Shown: positions 19,610 through 29,362 of the stretch, in pieces | Position numbering within the stretch: position 1 is the stretch's first letter | How the letters are laid out: the number at the start of each line of letters is the position of its first letter | NCBI GenBank assembly: GCA_040754455.1 | Contig: JBFMCP010000002.1 | Coordinates: 32,001-96,000 of the forward strand | DNA: 64,000 nucleotides | Direction of reading: 5' to 3' | From: Nitrospirota bacterium | GTDB lineage: Bacteria; Nitrospirota; Thermodesulfovibrionia; Thermodesulfovibrionales; Dissulfurispiraceae | The notes under the pieces: model-generated | Seen by the model: only the letters and a program-made list of their open reading frames with translations | Told to the model about the DNA's origin: nothing | Databases searched by the model: none | Position numbers and translations under genes: made by a program

Positions 19610-21553
19610 TTATTTCTGCGGTGCTGCTTCGGCCTTTTGCGGAAGCTGATCGACATTGTGGCACGTGCCGCAGGCATTGGTGTAAGGGATCGGCATTGCT
19701 TTGCCCGGCTCGACGCCTTTGACGCCGACATTGTTCTTCCGTGGCACATCGAAGATGTGGGAAGTAATATCGTTCATCCAGTAATTTTTGCCATCGCTCG
19801 TACCACGGCCTTTGCCGAGCCCTGCGCCGGTCTGCATGGTCTTCGGATTGTGGCAATCGACGCAGTGGATCTTCATGCCGTGCTCCACCCCCACTGCTTT
19901 GGCAGTGTGCGCCTTTATATTTGCATGGTCCTTATGGCAGCTGGTACAGAGGGTATTCTTCTCATCCCGTATCGGTTTCCTCAACTGATGTTTCACTTCA
20001 GTCATGCCGTGAGGATCGTGGCAGTCGGCGCAGGTCATGATCTGATCACCGTTGAGGTATTTTATTGATCTCACGAGATCGGTGCCCTGCTGATGGTGCG
20101 ATTTCGAGTGGATGCCGTCGGGCCAGTAGTCTTTCTGCGCTGCATCTTCTCTTGTGGTGTGATAGGTCAGATAGTCGTTTCTGCTGGTGCCGGGAATCAG
20201 CATTTTGTATTTCTCGTCGAGGGGAGGATCGGACTTCAGATATCCCTGCGGCCTGCTGTGGCACTGGTTGCAGATGACCATGGAACGCTCGGCGGCGAGT
20301 TTGCCCGGGTTGACAATAGTGGCAGCTTTCTTTGTTTTCGGCGCTGACACATGCTGCGACCCCGGTCCGTGGCAGACCTCGCAGCCGATATTCAGCTCAT
20401 TTGGAATGCCGTCGCCGTTGATGTCCGCTTCGCCGTTAGGATCATTCACCGCGTGGGTAGTAAAGCCACCTTCTCCGGAAGGCGTAAGAAAATAGCCGGT
20501 GTAGTGGCATGCGGCACACTCAACCTCGAAGGATTTTTTCTTCGGGGGGTCGGTCAGCTTCTTGGTCTCTTCATTGAAGAGCCAGTCGGCATGGTAATCT
20601 CTCCAGGGCTTCCTGGTGCGGTCATTGTAGCTCCAGTCGCCGGTGGGATTGAACTGGAGGAAGGGGAAATGGACATTGCCGACCTTGAAGAGATAGCGCT
20701 GTTTGTAGAGCCCGCCGCCATAAGTCATCACAACGGGATACGTCCGGGGGGTATCAGAGGGATCTTTCATGTTTTCGGTTTTGAATTTCAACGTACCGTC
20801 TTTGTCCTTGAAGAATGTGGCAGTGAAGCTGACGGTTGTAGGATCAGAGGGGGCCTTATCAGAAACCTGATATTTATCGAAGCCTCTCCCTTTGTCGAAA
20901 CCGTAGAAATAAAATTTCATTCCGGCCGTAAGCTTGTTCAATCCTGCATTGAAATCAGGGAACCGGGAGTAATCCTGCAGTTTGCTCGGCTTCCCGATGA
21001 CACTGATGCCGAGTTTGTGGAGCGTCTTCTTTATGGCTGCGTATTCTTTATGGCATCCGATACATTTCGTGCTGCCGACATAGGTTGCATTTTCAGGGAT
21101 CTTTCCGGAGAGAAGGATCTTGACCGGTTTCCCGGTGAATTCGGAAGTTGCCATTGCTTTGTCTGCAATAGTGCCGCCGGGCAAATGTTCGTCGTCAGAC
21201 GGCTCGACGTAGATAAAGTACTTGCCATCCTCGATTTTTGCGATGGTAAAATTGCCTTTTTTATCGGTGGTCGCCTTCCGGTAGTTGTCCCTGTTTCTGG
21301 CGAGGAGGTCCTCATGGGGCTCGTCAATGGGTGAATCCCTTTTGATTTCCGGGACTCTTTTTGCCATGGCCTTCACGTCTGCAGCCGGAATAAGATACAC
21401 CGTTGCTTTCTGAATCGCCTGCCCCGATCCGTCCTGCACTGTCCCTTTCAATGTACCAGCACCTGCCTTTTTAGTCTCAGACTGCACACTGTACGCTGTA
21501 AGTCCGAGCACGCAAAACACAACAAGAACCATCAGTAAGATACGCCGGCTCAT
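19610..21553 (-). CDS. Exported octaheme c-type cytochrome with N-terminal beta-sandwich (carboxypeptidase-regulatory-like) domain
   Basis: Signal peptide; eight CxxCH motifs (CIGCH, CAACH, CEVCH, CNQCH, CADCH, CTSCH, CVDCH, CGTCH). Confidence 0.88.
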   Translation of the reverse strand: MSRRILLMVLVVFCVLGLTAYSVQSETKKAGAGTLKGTVQDGSGQAIQKATVYLIPAADVKAMAKRVPEIKRDSPIDEPHEDLLARNRDNYRKATTDKKGNFTIAKIEDGKYFIYVEPSDDEHLPGGTIADKAMATSEFTGKPVKILLSGKIPENATYVGSTKCIGCHKEYAAIKKTLHKLGISVIGKPSKLQDYSRFPDFNAGLNKLTAGMKFYFYGFDKGRGFDKYQVSDKAPSDPTTVSFTATFFKDKDGTLKFKTENMKDPSDTPRTYPVVMTYGGGLYKQRYLFKVGNVHFPFLQFNPTGDWSYNDRTRKPWRDYHADWLFNEETKKLTDPPKKKSFEVECAACHYTGYFLTPSGEGGFTTHAVNDPNGEADINGDGIPNELNIGCEVCHGPGSQHVSAPKTKKAATIVNPGKLAAERSMVICNQCHSRPQGYLKSDPPLDEKYKMLIPGTSRNDYLTYHTTREDAAQKDYWPDGIHSKSHHQQGTDLVRSIKYLNGDQIMTCADCHDPHGMTEVKHQLRKPIRDEKNTLCTSCHKDHANIKAHTAKAVGVEHGMKIHCVDCHNPKTMQTGAGLGKGRGTSDGKNYWMNDITSHIFDVPRKNNVGVKGVEPGKAMPIPYTNACGTCHNVDQLPQKAEAAPQK

Positions 21554-21795
21554 CTTTCAACCTCCTTGTGAAGTGGTGTCGGTTATTACGGCAAGCCGAT
21601 ATAACCTCTGGAGAACTTCCCTTGTAAAAGCATCTTATCACATATTTTATTGAATTTACAGAGGTGGACGGCAAGGGGGCAAAAAAGCTTTGCAGAAATG
21701 CCGGGAAGTGCGACCTTATCAAACGGAATAAACACGGCGTTGAGGTCCTCCCCATCTTGTACCGAGCAGGGAGAAGTGAACGCAGTGTGGAAAAC

Positions 21796-22899
21796 CTAGG
21801 CGATCCTCTCGTATTGCATTGCAGCAAGGACACGCTCTCGGGCCAGTATCTCTGCAGCCTGACGCGGGAGTATCCCCTCGCTTGAGGATTTTTCGAGCAT
21901 CAAACGGGTATTTTTCCTGATGCGTTCTGCTATGGCCTCGAAGGCCTCTCTCTCGGTTTTCCTCGCGTACTCCATTGCCGCCATGATGACGCCGCCGGCA
22001 TTGGCAATAAAATCAGGAACAGAAAGGACGCCTCTTCGGTGAAGGATCTCTTCGGCCTCTTCCGTCACCGGGATATTGGCGCCTTCCAATAGCAGCTTTG
22101 CTTTGATGTCATCGACGTTGTCCTTATTGATGACATCCGGCCGTGCGGCAGGGATGAGGATATCGCAGTGTTCGGCAAAGAGGTCTGCCATTTTTTTAAC
22201 GGTGCCGGGCTTGTAGTTGATGACGCTTCCGGTTGTGCTTTTGATTTCGATCAGCTTTTTTACATCAAGACCGTAGGGATCGCTGATCGTACCTTTCGTA
22301 TCGCTCACCGCGACAATGACAGCACCACGTTCCGAGAGGAACCGTGCCGCCATTTTGCCTACACTCCCGAACCCCTCAATAGCGACCTTTGCTCCGGCGA
22401 GGGGCATGCTGATATGCCGGCAGGCGACTTCCGCGCACTCCGCGACCCCGAAGCCCGTCGCCCCAAGCTTATCCAGCGGCAGCCCTCCCAGCTCCTCGGG
22501 AAGGCCGGATGCCCTGCCGATTTCATCATGTATCCATGCCATGCAGGCTTCGTTGCTTCCCATGTCGGGGCCGGGAATATATTCGTGAAGCTCCTTTATT
22601 GCCAGGGCGAATACCCTGAAGCAGTGCTCTTTCCTGGGATCAGAAGGGGGAATCAGTATTGCGGCCTTTCCGCCGCCGTGGGGCAGTCCTGCGATGGAGT
22701 TTTTCATTGTCATCGTACGGGCAAGCCGTTTCACTTCTTCGAGCGTGACGTCGGCAGCGACCCTGACCCCACCGATCGCAGGACCGAGGGCAATATTATC
22801 AATAACGACGATGGCGTGGAAATCGGTTACGGGAAAGAAGAGCTGAATGACTTTGTACGGTCCGATCTCGGTGATCTCCTTTTTTATGGTGTTGCGCAT
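21796..22899 (-). CDS. Glu/Leu/Phe/Val dehydrogenase
   Basis: GPAIGGVR, GGGKA, PGPDMG, GFGSVG, EGAN, PDFIANAGGV. Start MRNT chosen after GAGGAGG. Confidence 0.9.
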   Translation of the reverse strand: MRNTIKKEITEIGPYKVIQLFFPVTDFHAIVVIDNIALGPAIGGVRVAADVTLEEVKRLARTMTMKNSIAGLPHGGGKAAILIPPSDPRKEHCFRVFALAIKELHEYIPGPDMGSNEACMAWIHDEIGRASGLPEELGGLPLDKLGATGFGVAECAEVACRHISMPLAGAKVAIEGFGSVGKMAARFLSERGAVIVAVSDTKGTISDPYGLDVKKLIEIKSTTGSVINYKPGTVKKMADLFAEHCDILIPAARPDVINKDNVDDIKAKLLLEGANIPVTEEAEEILHRRGVLSVPDFIANAGGVIMAAMEYARKTEREAFEAIAERIRKNTRLMLEKSSSEGILPRQAAEILARERVLAAMQYERIA

Positions 22900-23034
22900 A
22901 GCCTCCTCAATGACGGACAGGTAATTTTCCCCTAACGGTGAGTTCGTTCCATTAGTATTATATCCTACTTTGCCTTGTTCATATAGTTGCATATGCTCTC
23001 TCGACAGCATAGAATGGTAAGTAAAGGACGGGCT

Positions 23035-23574
23035 ATGAATACCGGACATTTGAGGAAAGAGGAACGATCTTCCAGAGCAGCCATCGCTGTTTTCCTGCTA
23101 TTCTTGTACGGCTGTGCGCCGGTGCTTTATGAAACCACAGCGCCGGCGAAGAAAGAGTACGGCCCGGAGCGGCGCGTTATCGAGCTGATCAATGAGGCGC
23201 GGGCAAAAGGCAGGAAATGCGGAAGCAAGTACTACAAGGCAGTACAGCCTCTTGTCTGGAATGATCTGCTCGGGAAGGCGGCGCTGCACCATGCCTCGGA
23301 TATGGCGCGCAGCGGCTTTCTGGGCCATACAGGCTCTGACGGCAGCACCCCCGGCACACGGCTTTCGAAACTCGGGTATGCGTGGAGCATCTACGGGGAA
23401 AATGTAGGGCAGGGCGCCACCTCTGCTGAAAAGGCAGTACAGGGCTGGCTGGAGAGCGAGAAGCATTGCCAGAATGTCATGAATCCGGAATTCAGAGAGG
23501 CCGGCGCTGCCTCGGCAAAGAGCAGCAGTCTCAGGTCCTACTGGACCGTGGTCTTCGGAACTCGGGGCCGATAA
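23035..23574 (+). CDS. CAP/SCP domain (lipo)protein
   Basis: Lipobox-like LYGC; HASDMA...HTGSDG, GENVGQG, WLESEKHCQN. Confidence 0.85.
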   Translation: MNTGHLRKEERSSRAAIAVFLLFLYGCAPVLYETTAPAKKEYGPERRVIELINEARAKGRKCGSKYYKAVQPLVWNDLLGKAALHHASDMARSGFLGHTGSDGSTPGTRLSKLGYAWSIYGENVGQGATSAEKAVQGWLESEKHCQNVMNPEFREAGAASAKSSSLRSYWTVVFGTRGR

Positions 23575-23727
23575 GGGCTATTTGAAGAACTCTTCTATCC
23601 CAACCATTCGGGGTTATGTGAGGTGCTGTCGAAGACCGTGTTGGTTTTGTAAAGCTCATACCTCCCGTTCTTCGCCGCCTCCGCAGTTTTTGCAAGCAGT
23701 GCTGCGACCTGCGCTCCATCCATCGGC

Positions 23728-23934
23728 CTAGAGCGTTGCACCGCTGTTCATTATGAGGAGAATAACAGTATCCGTAACTCCTTCGACATTCCTGAGATCA
23801 TCCCAGCTTTTGAAGGGGCCGTTCAGCTCGCGGTAGTTGATGATATCGTCCGCCAGATCAGGCCCCAGGCCGAGTGTTACGTCCAATTCTTCCCTGCTCG
23901 CGGTGTTGATGTTTACCTGAACGCGCGTCGCCAT
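23728..23934 (-). CDS. ComEA-like helix-hairpin-helix protein
   Basis: VNINTASREEL...GLGP...IINYRE.NGPFKS.DDL..VEGV. Confidence 0.85.
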   Translation of the reverse strand: MATRVQVNINTASREELDVTLGLGPDLADDIINYRELNGPFKSWDDLRNVEGVTDTVILLIMNSGATL

Positions 23935-24101
23935 CGCAACCTCCTTGCATATTCTAAGACACATTCGGTTTGTTTTCTCGGCGCCTCTGCGTGGTACTCG
24001 AAAAGCTGCCCCGTGCCTAACCCAAGTATGACAGATACATAAACGGTGTCAAGTAGAGGATGCGCACACGTGTGATTGAAAGGGGGGATGCCCGAGCTGA
24101 G

Positions 24102-24878
24102 CTATATATGTATCCATGCACGATGTTTGCGCCATTGCACATCAACAGAGGTGTTGAAAAAAGACGAAAGGTTTGCTGCGGTAAGGACTTTGCTTATCTC
24201 GCCCGCTGAATGGACTTCTCCCTGACGTAGCAGCAGTGTATGGGTGAAGACCGGCAGTATTTCCTCAATGTGATGTGAGACATAGAGCATCGTCGGCGCA
24301 GAGGCCTGGCCGCCCAGTGTCTCAATCGCAGACAGAATGTGCTCTCTCGAAAAGATATCCAGTCCGATACATGGCTCATCCATGATCAGCAGTCGTGGAG
24401 CATTTATGAGCGCCCGTGCGATGAGGACCTTTTGCTTTTCCCCTTGCGACAATTCGATGTACGGCTGCTTTGCAGCATGACCGCACTTCAGCTGTTCCAG
24501 AAGAGACAGGGCTCTTTCAGCATCTGTCGCTTCTGGCCTGTCATAAAGTCCAATGGTGGCAAACATCCCGCTCAGCACAATCTCTTCAGCAGTCTCGGTC
24601 GTATAGAACCTTTCCTGGAGCGCAGAACTGATGAATCCGATTTCCCGGCGCAACTTCCGCCAGTCATAGGAGCCATACTGCTTGCCAAGCACGTGCATCT
24701 CACCTGCCGACAGGGTTGCATAGCCGTTAAGCAGCTGTAAAAGGGTTGTCTTGCCTGAGCCGTTCAACCCGATAATGGCCCAATGCTCACCAGGAGAAAC
24801 ACACCAGTTGATGTTGCGCAAGATATGCTTCCTGCCAGATATGCAGGAAACGTTTTTCAGATGGACGATTGTCTGCAT
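24102..24878 (-). CDS. ABC transporter ATP-binding protein (ModF/YlmA-like)
   Basis: GLNGSGKT, LSQGEKQ, LLIMDEP, YVSHH. Start placed at MQTIVHL. Confidence 0.88.
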   Translation of the reverse strand: MQTIVHLKNVSCISGRKHILRNINWCVSPGEHWAIIGLNGSGKTTLLQLLNGYATLSAGEMHVLGKQYGSYDWRKLRREIGFISSALQERFYTTETAEEIVLSGMFATIGLYDRPEATDAERALSLLEQLKCGHAAKQPYIELSQGEKQKVLIARALINAPRLLIMDEPCIGLDIFSREHILSAIETLGGQASAPTMLYVSHHIEEILPVFTHTLLLRQGEVHSAGEISKVLTAANLSSFFNTSVDVQWRKHRAWIHI

Positions 24879-25055
24879 GCTTTTAAAATAATGGCAGGTT
24901 GGCCTGCAAGTCAATGTCTCGGCAGTAAGACACAGCGTAATTACGCTTAAATAAAAAGTCTCCGAAGATAAAACGAGGCTCTTCAGTGTTGATGCAAAGT
25001 ATGGAGAAGGGTCTTCATCTGAGAGAAAAGTTCCGGGAGAAAAGTTTGGTAAATT

Positions 25056-25100
25056 TGGTGGTCCCAACGGGAGTCGAACCCGTGTTTTAGCCTTGAGAGG
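25056..25100 (-). tRNA. 3' fragment of tRNA-Glu(CTC) forming the prophage attachment core
   Basis: Minus strand reads CCTCTCAAGGCTAAAACACGGGTTCGACTCCCGTTGGGACCACCA (anticodon loop, T-arm, acceptor 3' strand, CCA). No D-arm or 5' half; adjacent to the integrase 3' end. Confidence 0.88.
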
Positions 25101-25152
25101 CGGGTTGACCTCTATAGAAAAACAACGGAAAATTATTCTATGTACCCTTATT

Positions 25153-26373
25153 CTACCCTTCGTTAGGGGTGGCACTCTCTTTTTTCTTCATGTATTTCTT
25201 ATAGTCTAAGGTATCGATCGCGCGAGAGGAGCCGGGGACCCGGTGTGTGTATTTCATTGTTGTGGTGATACTCTCGTGGCCTGCTTGTTGCTGCACTTTA
25301 TGAGGGGGGACGCCGGAATCCATCAGGTAGCTTGTCCATGTGTGACGTAGGATGTGCAGGGTGATCCATCCGGGTAATTTGAGCTTTGCGATGAATTTCT
25401 TAAACGCTCGATAGAGCGAGTTGGGATCCATGAGCGGGGTATCATGCCTTCCGAAGAAATATTTTCCTTTACGGTTGGAGTTTTTCCGGATGACGCTCTC
25501 AATGTGCGGTACAAGATTGGGGTGTATTTCGATTTCACGGAACTTGTCGCCTTTGCCGTGGACGGTGATGAGGCCGCTGCGCAGGTCGACGTTATCGGGC
25601 TGTAGGTAGAGGAGCTCATACCGTCGCATGCCGGTGTAGATATAGGTGTAAATGATCTCTGAGAAATAACCGAAGGCGGCTTCTCCATTGTAGTTATCTA
25701 GGGCATGCATGATGATCTGCAGGTCGTCGGGATGGATCGCCCTGGGCGCGCGGGCGGGGACCTCTTTAAAGCGCTTGACGCCGGTCCGTGCGGGGTTTTC
25801 GCTGAGTATCTTTTTCCGCACAAGGTAATCGAGCATGATGCGCAGTGCGGTGATCTCTTTATTGACTGTGGATTTAGTGATAGGCGCACCTGTCTTCACG
25901 GCTTTTTGTGTGCGCCGGTGGGTGATATAGTCCTGGATGATCTGGGGGCTGTTCACTTGCCATGGGGCAATGCCTTTGTTTTTAAAATACTCTATGATCG
26001 GCTTTGTCTTATAGCTGTAGGAGGCTCGGGTGCTTTTGCTGCCTACACTATAGACGTGTTTGTCATATTCGTGTTGCAGTTTTTCCCATGTGATGCCGGC
26101 AGGATCTTCAAGATGCTTGCTCTGTGCGCGGCTGGTGAGCTTTGCTACTTCTTCGGCGTCTACTAATTTTTTATGGAGGAAGTAGACGAGCTCTTCATGG
26201 GTGAGTCGATGCTCGAGTGTGAGCACTTCGAGGCGTTTGGCATCCTGGTGGATAAGGATGGCTTTTTTTTCTTTTCGGGCATAGCGGTATTTTTCTTTTT
26301 GAGTGCCGTCGATGTAATAGAGGGTGTAGGTGATTTTGTATCCGTGCTGTTTATGTTTCCAGAGTGAGGCCAT
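25153..26373 (-). CDS. int: Phage integrase (tyrosine recombinase)
   Basis: Catalytic residues TGMRRYEL, HGKGDK, HILRH, GHESITTTMKY; next to the att site. Confidence 0.93.
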   Translation of the reverse strand: MASLWKHKQHGYKITYTLYYIDGTQKEKYRYARKEKKAILIHQDAKRLEVLTLEHRLTHEELVYFLHKKLVDAEEVAKLTSRAQSKHLEDPAGITWEKLQHEYDKHVYSVGSKSTRASYSYKTKPIIEYFKNKGIAPWQVNSPQIIQDYITHRRTQKAVKTGAPITKSTVNKEITALRIMLDYLVRKKILSENPARTGVKRFKEVPARAPRAIHPDDLQIIMHALDNYNGEAAFGYFSEIIYTYIYTGMRRYELLYLQPDNVDLRSGLITVHGKGDKFREIEIHPNLVPHIESVIRKNSNRKGKYFFGRHDTPLMDPNSLYRAFKKFIAKLKLPGWITLHILRHTWTSYLMDSGVPPHKVQQQAGHESITTTMKYTHRVPGSSRAIDTLDYKKYMKKKESATPNEG

Positions 26374-27260
26374 TAGTTATTTATAGCTAGATCGAGCAGT
26401 TTCCAGTTTTTATCGTCGACATGTTGGACTTTGCAGGCATAGTGATTGCGCAGTTTAGCGCCGAAGCTGTTTTGAGCGTCGACGTAGGATATGATCATGA
26501 AGGTATTACGATCGATCGCTGTCAGTGTAGATTCGGTGGACGATGCAAAGTCAGCGGTGGAGGGAGCCTTGAGTTTTTTCTCTACGAATTGTTGGCACAT
26601 GACAAAGGCGTCGAATTTGGAGGGCTTATATTGGGGCTGGGCGGGGGGATTGTAATATGATGTCCCTTTTAAATATGCGCCGAGAAGAGAGAGGACCACG
26701 GCAAGGCAGATAAGGATGCCTATAGCCTTTCCCACTCTCTTAAAGTTAAAAGAGGTAGGACTCTCTTTAACAGGAGGAGGGGTATCTCCTAACTGATCGA
26801 GAAAGCTTTGCTCGGCAGGTGGTGCTTTTGATTCCACCTCTTGGACGGAGTGTAAAGCATCTCTTTTTATTTTTTCGAATTCGTCCATAAATCCCCCCTT
26901 AGAGACTGGTATAATAAATCCACCGCATTTAGTGCATTGTTGGGCATTCCCCGCCATCCATTCTGAACAATGAGGACATCTTTTCATAGGGAACTCACCA
27001 GACGCATATTGGGCTCTGATCCTATTTAAAGAGTCTGCTTCTTGATCATCGTCGAGAGGCAAGATAGAACAGGTACATTTTCTATGGAACGGCGGGTAAT
27101 CATCCTTTGTTGCTGTCGCTATTGCTATTTTTTTGTTTGCTTTCTTCTCACACTTAGGGCAGCAATCTACTGCAGGAGCTACCTCAAAATATTTATATTC
27201 GTCCTCGATAAATTCCTGCAGCTTCTTTTTGAAAAAAGCTTTCGTGGCATACGAGCCCAT
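26373..27260 (-). CDS. Lysogeny-operon accessory membrane protein with Cys/His motifs
   Basis: CCPKC...PPFHRKCTC, zinc ribbon CPHC...CTKC, one TM helix, C-terminal APSTADF...SYVDAQNSFGA domain; AT-rich. Confidence 0.6.
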   Translation of the reverse strand: MGSYATKAFFKKKLQEFIEDEYKYFEVAPAVDCCPKCEKKANKKIAIATATKDDYPPFHRKCTCSILPLDDDQEADSLNRIRAQYASGEFPMKRCPHCSEWMAGNAQQCTKCGGFIIPVSKGGFMDEFEKIKRDALHSVQEVESKAPPAEQSFLDQLGDTPPPVKESPTSFNFKRVGKAIGILICLAVVLSLLGAYLKGTSYYNPPAQPQYKPSKFDAFVMCQQFVEKKLKAPSTADFASSTESTLTAIDRNTFMIISYVDAQNSFGAKLRNHYACKVQHVDDKNWKLLDLAINN

Positions 27261-27274
27261 TCAACGGCCCCTGT

Positions 27275-27661
27275 TTATTTTTTTTTAGAGGGCTTTTTCT
27301 CCAACGCCCGATTAATCAGAAAATCGGTCATATCATCTAGTTCTTCGACCATGCCCAGCTCTTCGACCCGGCGGTATTTCTGGAGATGGAAATGTTCTCT
27401 TTTATCGGTGATGATAGGGGTCTTCTCGTTTATATAAAATTCATAGGGCTCCACATTAAATGCTTTGCAGAATCGCTCCATCAGCTCCTTTCCCATAGGG
27501 ATGTGCCCATTTTCTATCCCGCTCACTCTTTGTCTTTCAATTCCCATAGCCTCGCCAACTTGCTTCTGAGAGATATCTAATTTTTTCCGTAATCTTTTCA
27601 GATTTTTGCCAATAAGGATATCAATATCCTTGGGGGGCGCTGATGTTTTCTTTTTTGCCAT
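27275..27661 (-). CDS. XRE/CI-like phage repressor
   Basis: IGKNLKRLRKKLDISQKQVGEAMGIERQRVSGIENG HTH; divergent from the early operon. Confidence 0.85.
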   Translation of the reverse strand: MAKKKTSAPPKDIDILIGKNLKRLRKKLDISQKQVGEAMGIERQRVSGIENGHIPMGKELMERFCKAFNVEPYEFYINEKTPIITDKREHFHLQKYRRVEELGMVEELDDMTDFLINRALEKKPSKKK

Positions 27662-27715
27662 GTTTAATGATAGAAAAGTTTCCATTTTTTAGAAATTCCT
27701 AAAAAATAATGCTTT

Positions 27716-27756
27716 TTAGAACTATAGGAATCAACTATTAGAACCATAGGAATTAA
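27716..27756. repeat. Tandem 19-bp operator-like direct repeats
   Basis: TTAGAACTATAGGAATCAA and TTAGAACCATAGGAATTAA, 22 bp apart. Confidence 0.6.
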
Positions 27757-27771
27757 AAATTAATTCTCATA

Positions 27772-27801
27772 TTGACAAAGGAATCAATAATTGATTACAT
27801 T
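27772..27801 (+). promoter_or_regulatory. Early lytic promoter with overlapping palindrome
   Basis: TTGACA-18 bp-TACATT; palindrome AATCAA-TAA-TTGATT in the spacer. Confidence 0.6.
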
Positions 27802-28102
27802 CTCCACGTCATGGTTAACGATCGATTCATAAAAAACTTCTTCGACCTCAAAAAATCGCTAACAAAGAGTGTGGAGCCAGGGGTGCAACAACCCTCATAT
27901 GGGATCGTTCGCCATGACAACCCTGTCTCTGCACTTTGTGATGCCGGGGAGACGGCAAGAAAGTTGCCATACACTTCTTTCTCTCCCCGCCGCGCTCCCC
28001 GGCTCATAAAGTCCCTTTTCACGTTTGTATTTAGCCACATCGCCTCAAATGCCGCAATTATAAGAATTCAATTTTTTATAACGCCGAGCTTTGAGGTGAC
28101 TT

Positions 28103-28567
28103 ATGGAAAATTATGAGGCTATTAAACGTTGTTGCGGAAAGTTTATAGCTGAGATTGCGAAACGCCTCGGGCTCAAGCCTGTAACCGTCTATAAATGGAC
28201 TGAACCTTCTGAAGACTTCACCGATTCCGGAGCCCTGAATCCTGTCGACCGGCTTGAGATCATGATGGAGGCGAGCATGTCACTCGGGAACTCCTTCGAG
28301 GATGCGACGGCGCCGCTTCAACGCCTTAACTCTCGTTTTGGGATTATCGGCATCACCCTGCCGAAAAACATTTCTAGCAATGGGGAGCTCTCGCAGGAGC
28401 TCCTTTCCACCATACAGGAATTCGGCCATCTTGCAGAGGAAGCATCCAAGGCCTTTGCAGACGGCAAGCTGACACCCAAGGAGTACCGGCGCATCGAGAA
28501 AGAGGGCTGGGATCTGATCAGGCAGGTAACTGCTTTTATGCACAAGGCAAAGGAGTCTGCTCGATGA
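28103..28567 (+). CDS. Phage regulatory protein, CII (P2/186)-like
   Basis: N-terminal HTH (IAKRLGLKPVTVYKW), C-terminal EFG...AFADGKLTPKEYRRI. Confidence 0.7.
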   Translation: MENYEAIKRCCGKFIAEIAKRLGLKPVTVYKWTEPSEDFTDSGALNPVDRLEIMMEASMSLGNSFEDATAPLQRLNSRFGIIGITLPKNISSNGELSQELLSTIQEFGHLAEEASKAFADGKLTPKEYRRIEKEGWDLIRQVTAFMHKAKESAR

Positions 28568-29025
28568 ACGGAGCCGGTATAGAAGAATTGAAATTATCTG
28601 GCAGTCAGTCCCCCCTGCTGTCAGGTATTCCATCAGGAGAGGAGCCTGCCTCCTCTCCTGAGTATTTTCTTAACACCTCTATGGTGGCCGATATCCTTTT
28701 GCGGCTTGCGCAGAATGAATCCCTCCAAACGGTCTTGATTCAGCATTTTTTCTCTGATGTGATCCTCCAGGAACTGCAGCGCAGAGGGATCGTTGAACCT
28801 TTAATGGACATCGAGGACCTTGCCAAAACGCTCAATCTGACAACCGAAGGGATATACAAAAAAATTCAGAATGAGGAGCTGGGGATTCCTTTTATCAATA
28901 AGGGAAGATGGGGCGGATATAAATTTGACCCGAAAGATGTGCGCGAAGCAATTCGCAAGGCAAAGGTGCATCCGATCGTCAGGCCAGCGAGTCTGAAGCG
29001 GGTAAGAGTAGGGCGACATGGATAA
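28564..29025 (+). CDS. Excisionase-like HTH protein
   Basis: PLMDIEDLAKTLNLTTEGIYKKI...IPF...YKFDP. Confidence 0.6.
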   Translation: MNGAGIEELKLSGSQSPLLSGIPSGEEPASSPEYFLNTSMVADILLRLAQNESLQTVLIQHFFSDVILQELQRRGIVEPLMDIEDLAKTLNLTTEGIYKKIQNEELGIPFINKGRWGGYKFDPKDVREAIRKAKVHPIVRPASLKRVRVGRHG

Positions 29026-29362
29026 GGTACGAGAAATGGTGACCGGAATTCTAGCACAAAAGGGGGAAGCTATGTGGCAAGTTAGGGCTTTGGTTTTTGT
29101 GGTTCTGGTTTTGTCGATCCCTACAGCTTTTATCTGGGGCTGGACGATCGGCGTCAATGACGGGGTCGAGACGGGCAGCAGGCTCGCATATGCGGAGATG
29201 AATAATCTGCTGCGCGAGGGGGCTGCAGGGCACACGCATTTCATGATTCAGGGGCTCGATGCAAAGTTTGTCCCGAGGCCACGGAAGACGATGGATTTCC
29301 AGATTGCCGGCGCCGGCGCCGACACGCCGGTGATCACGGCGCAGGCGAGGGCGGCCCGATGA
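29018..29362 (+). CDS. Hypothetical membrane protein
   Basis: One hydrophobic segment; overlaps neighbouring genes. Confidence 0.5.
   Translation: MDKVREMVTGILAQKGEAMWQVRALVFVVLVLSIPTAFIWGWTIGVNDGVETGSRLAYAEMNNLLREGAAGHTHFMIQGLDAKFVPRPRKTMDFQIAGAGADTPVITAQARAAR

Noticed and set aside
22900..23049. N-terminal extension of the dehydrogenase ORF
   Set aside because: A strong GAGGAGG RBS sits before the ATG at 22899, and the extension overlaps the divergent gene's upstream region.
25056..25135. Complete tRNA-Glu gene
   Set aside because: The D-arm and 5' acceptor strand are absent; only the att-derived 3' part is present.
24879..25175. 98-aa N-terminal extension of the ABC ATPase
   Set aside because: It runs through the tRNA/att fragment; the ATPase fold starts at 24878.
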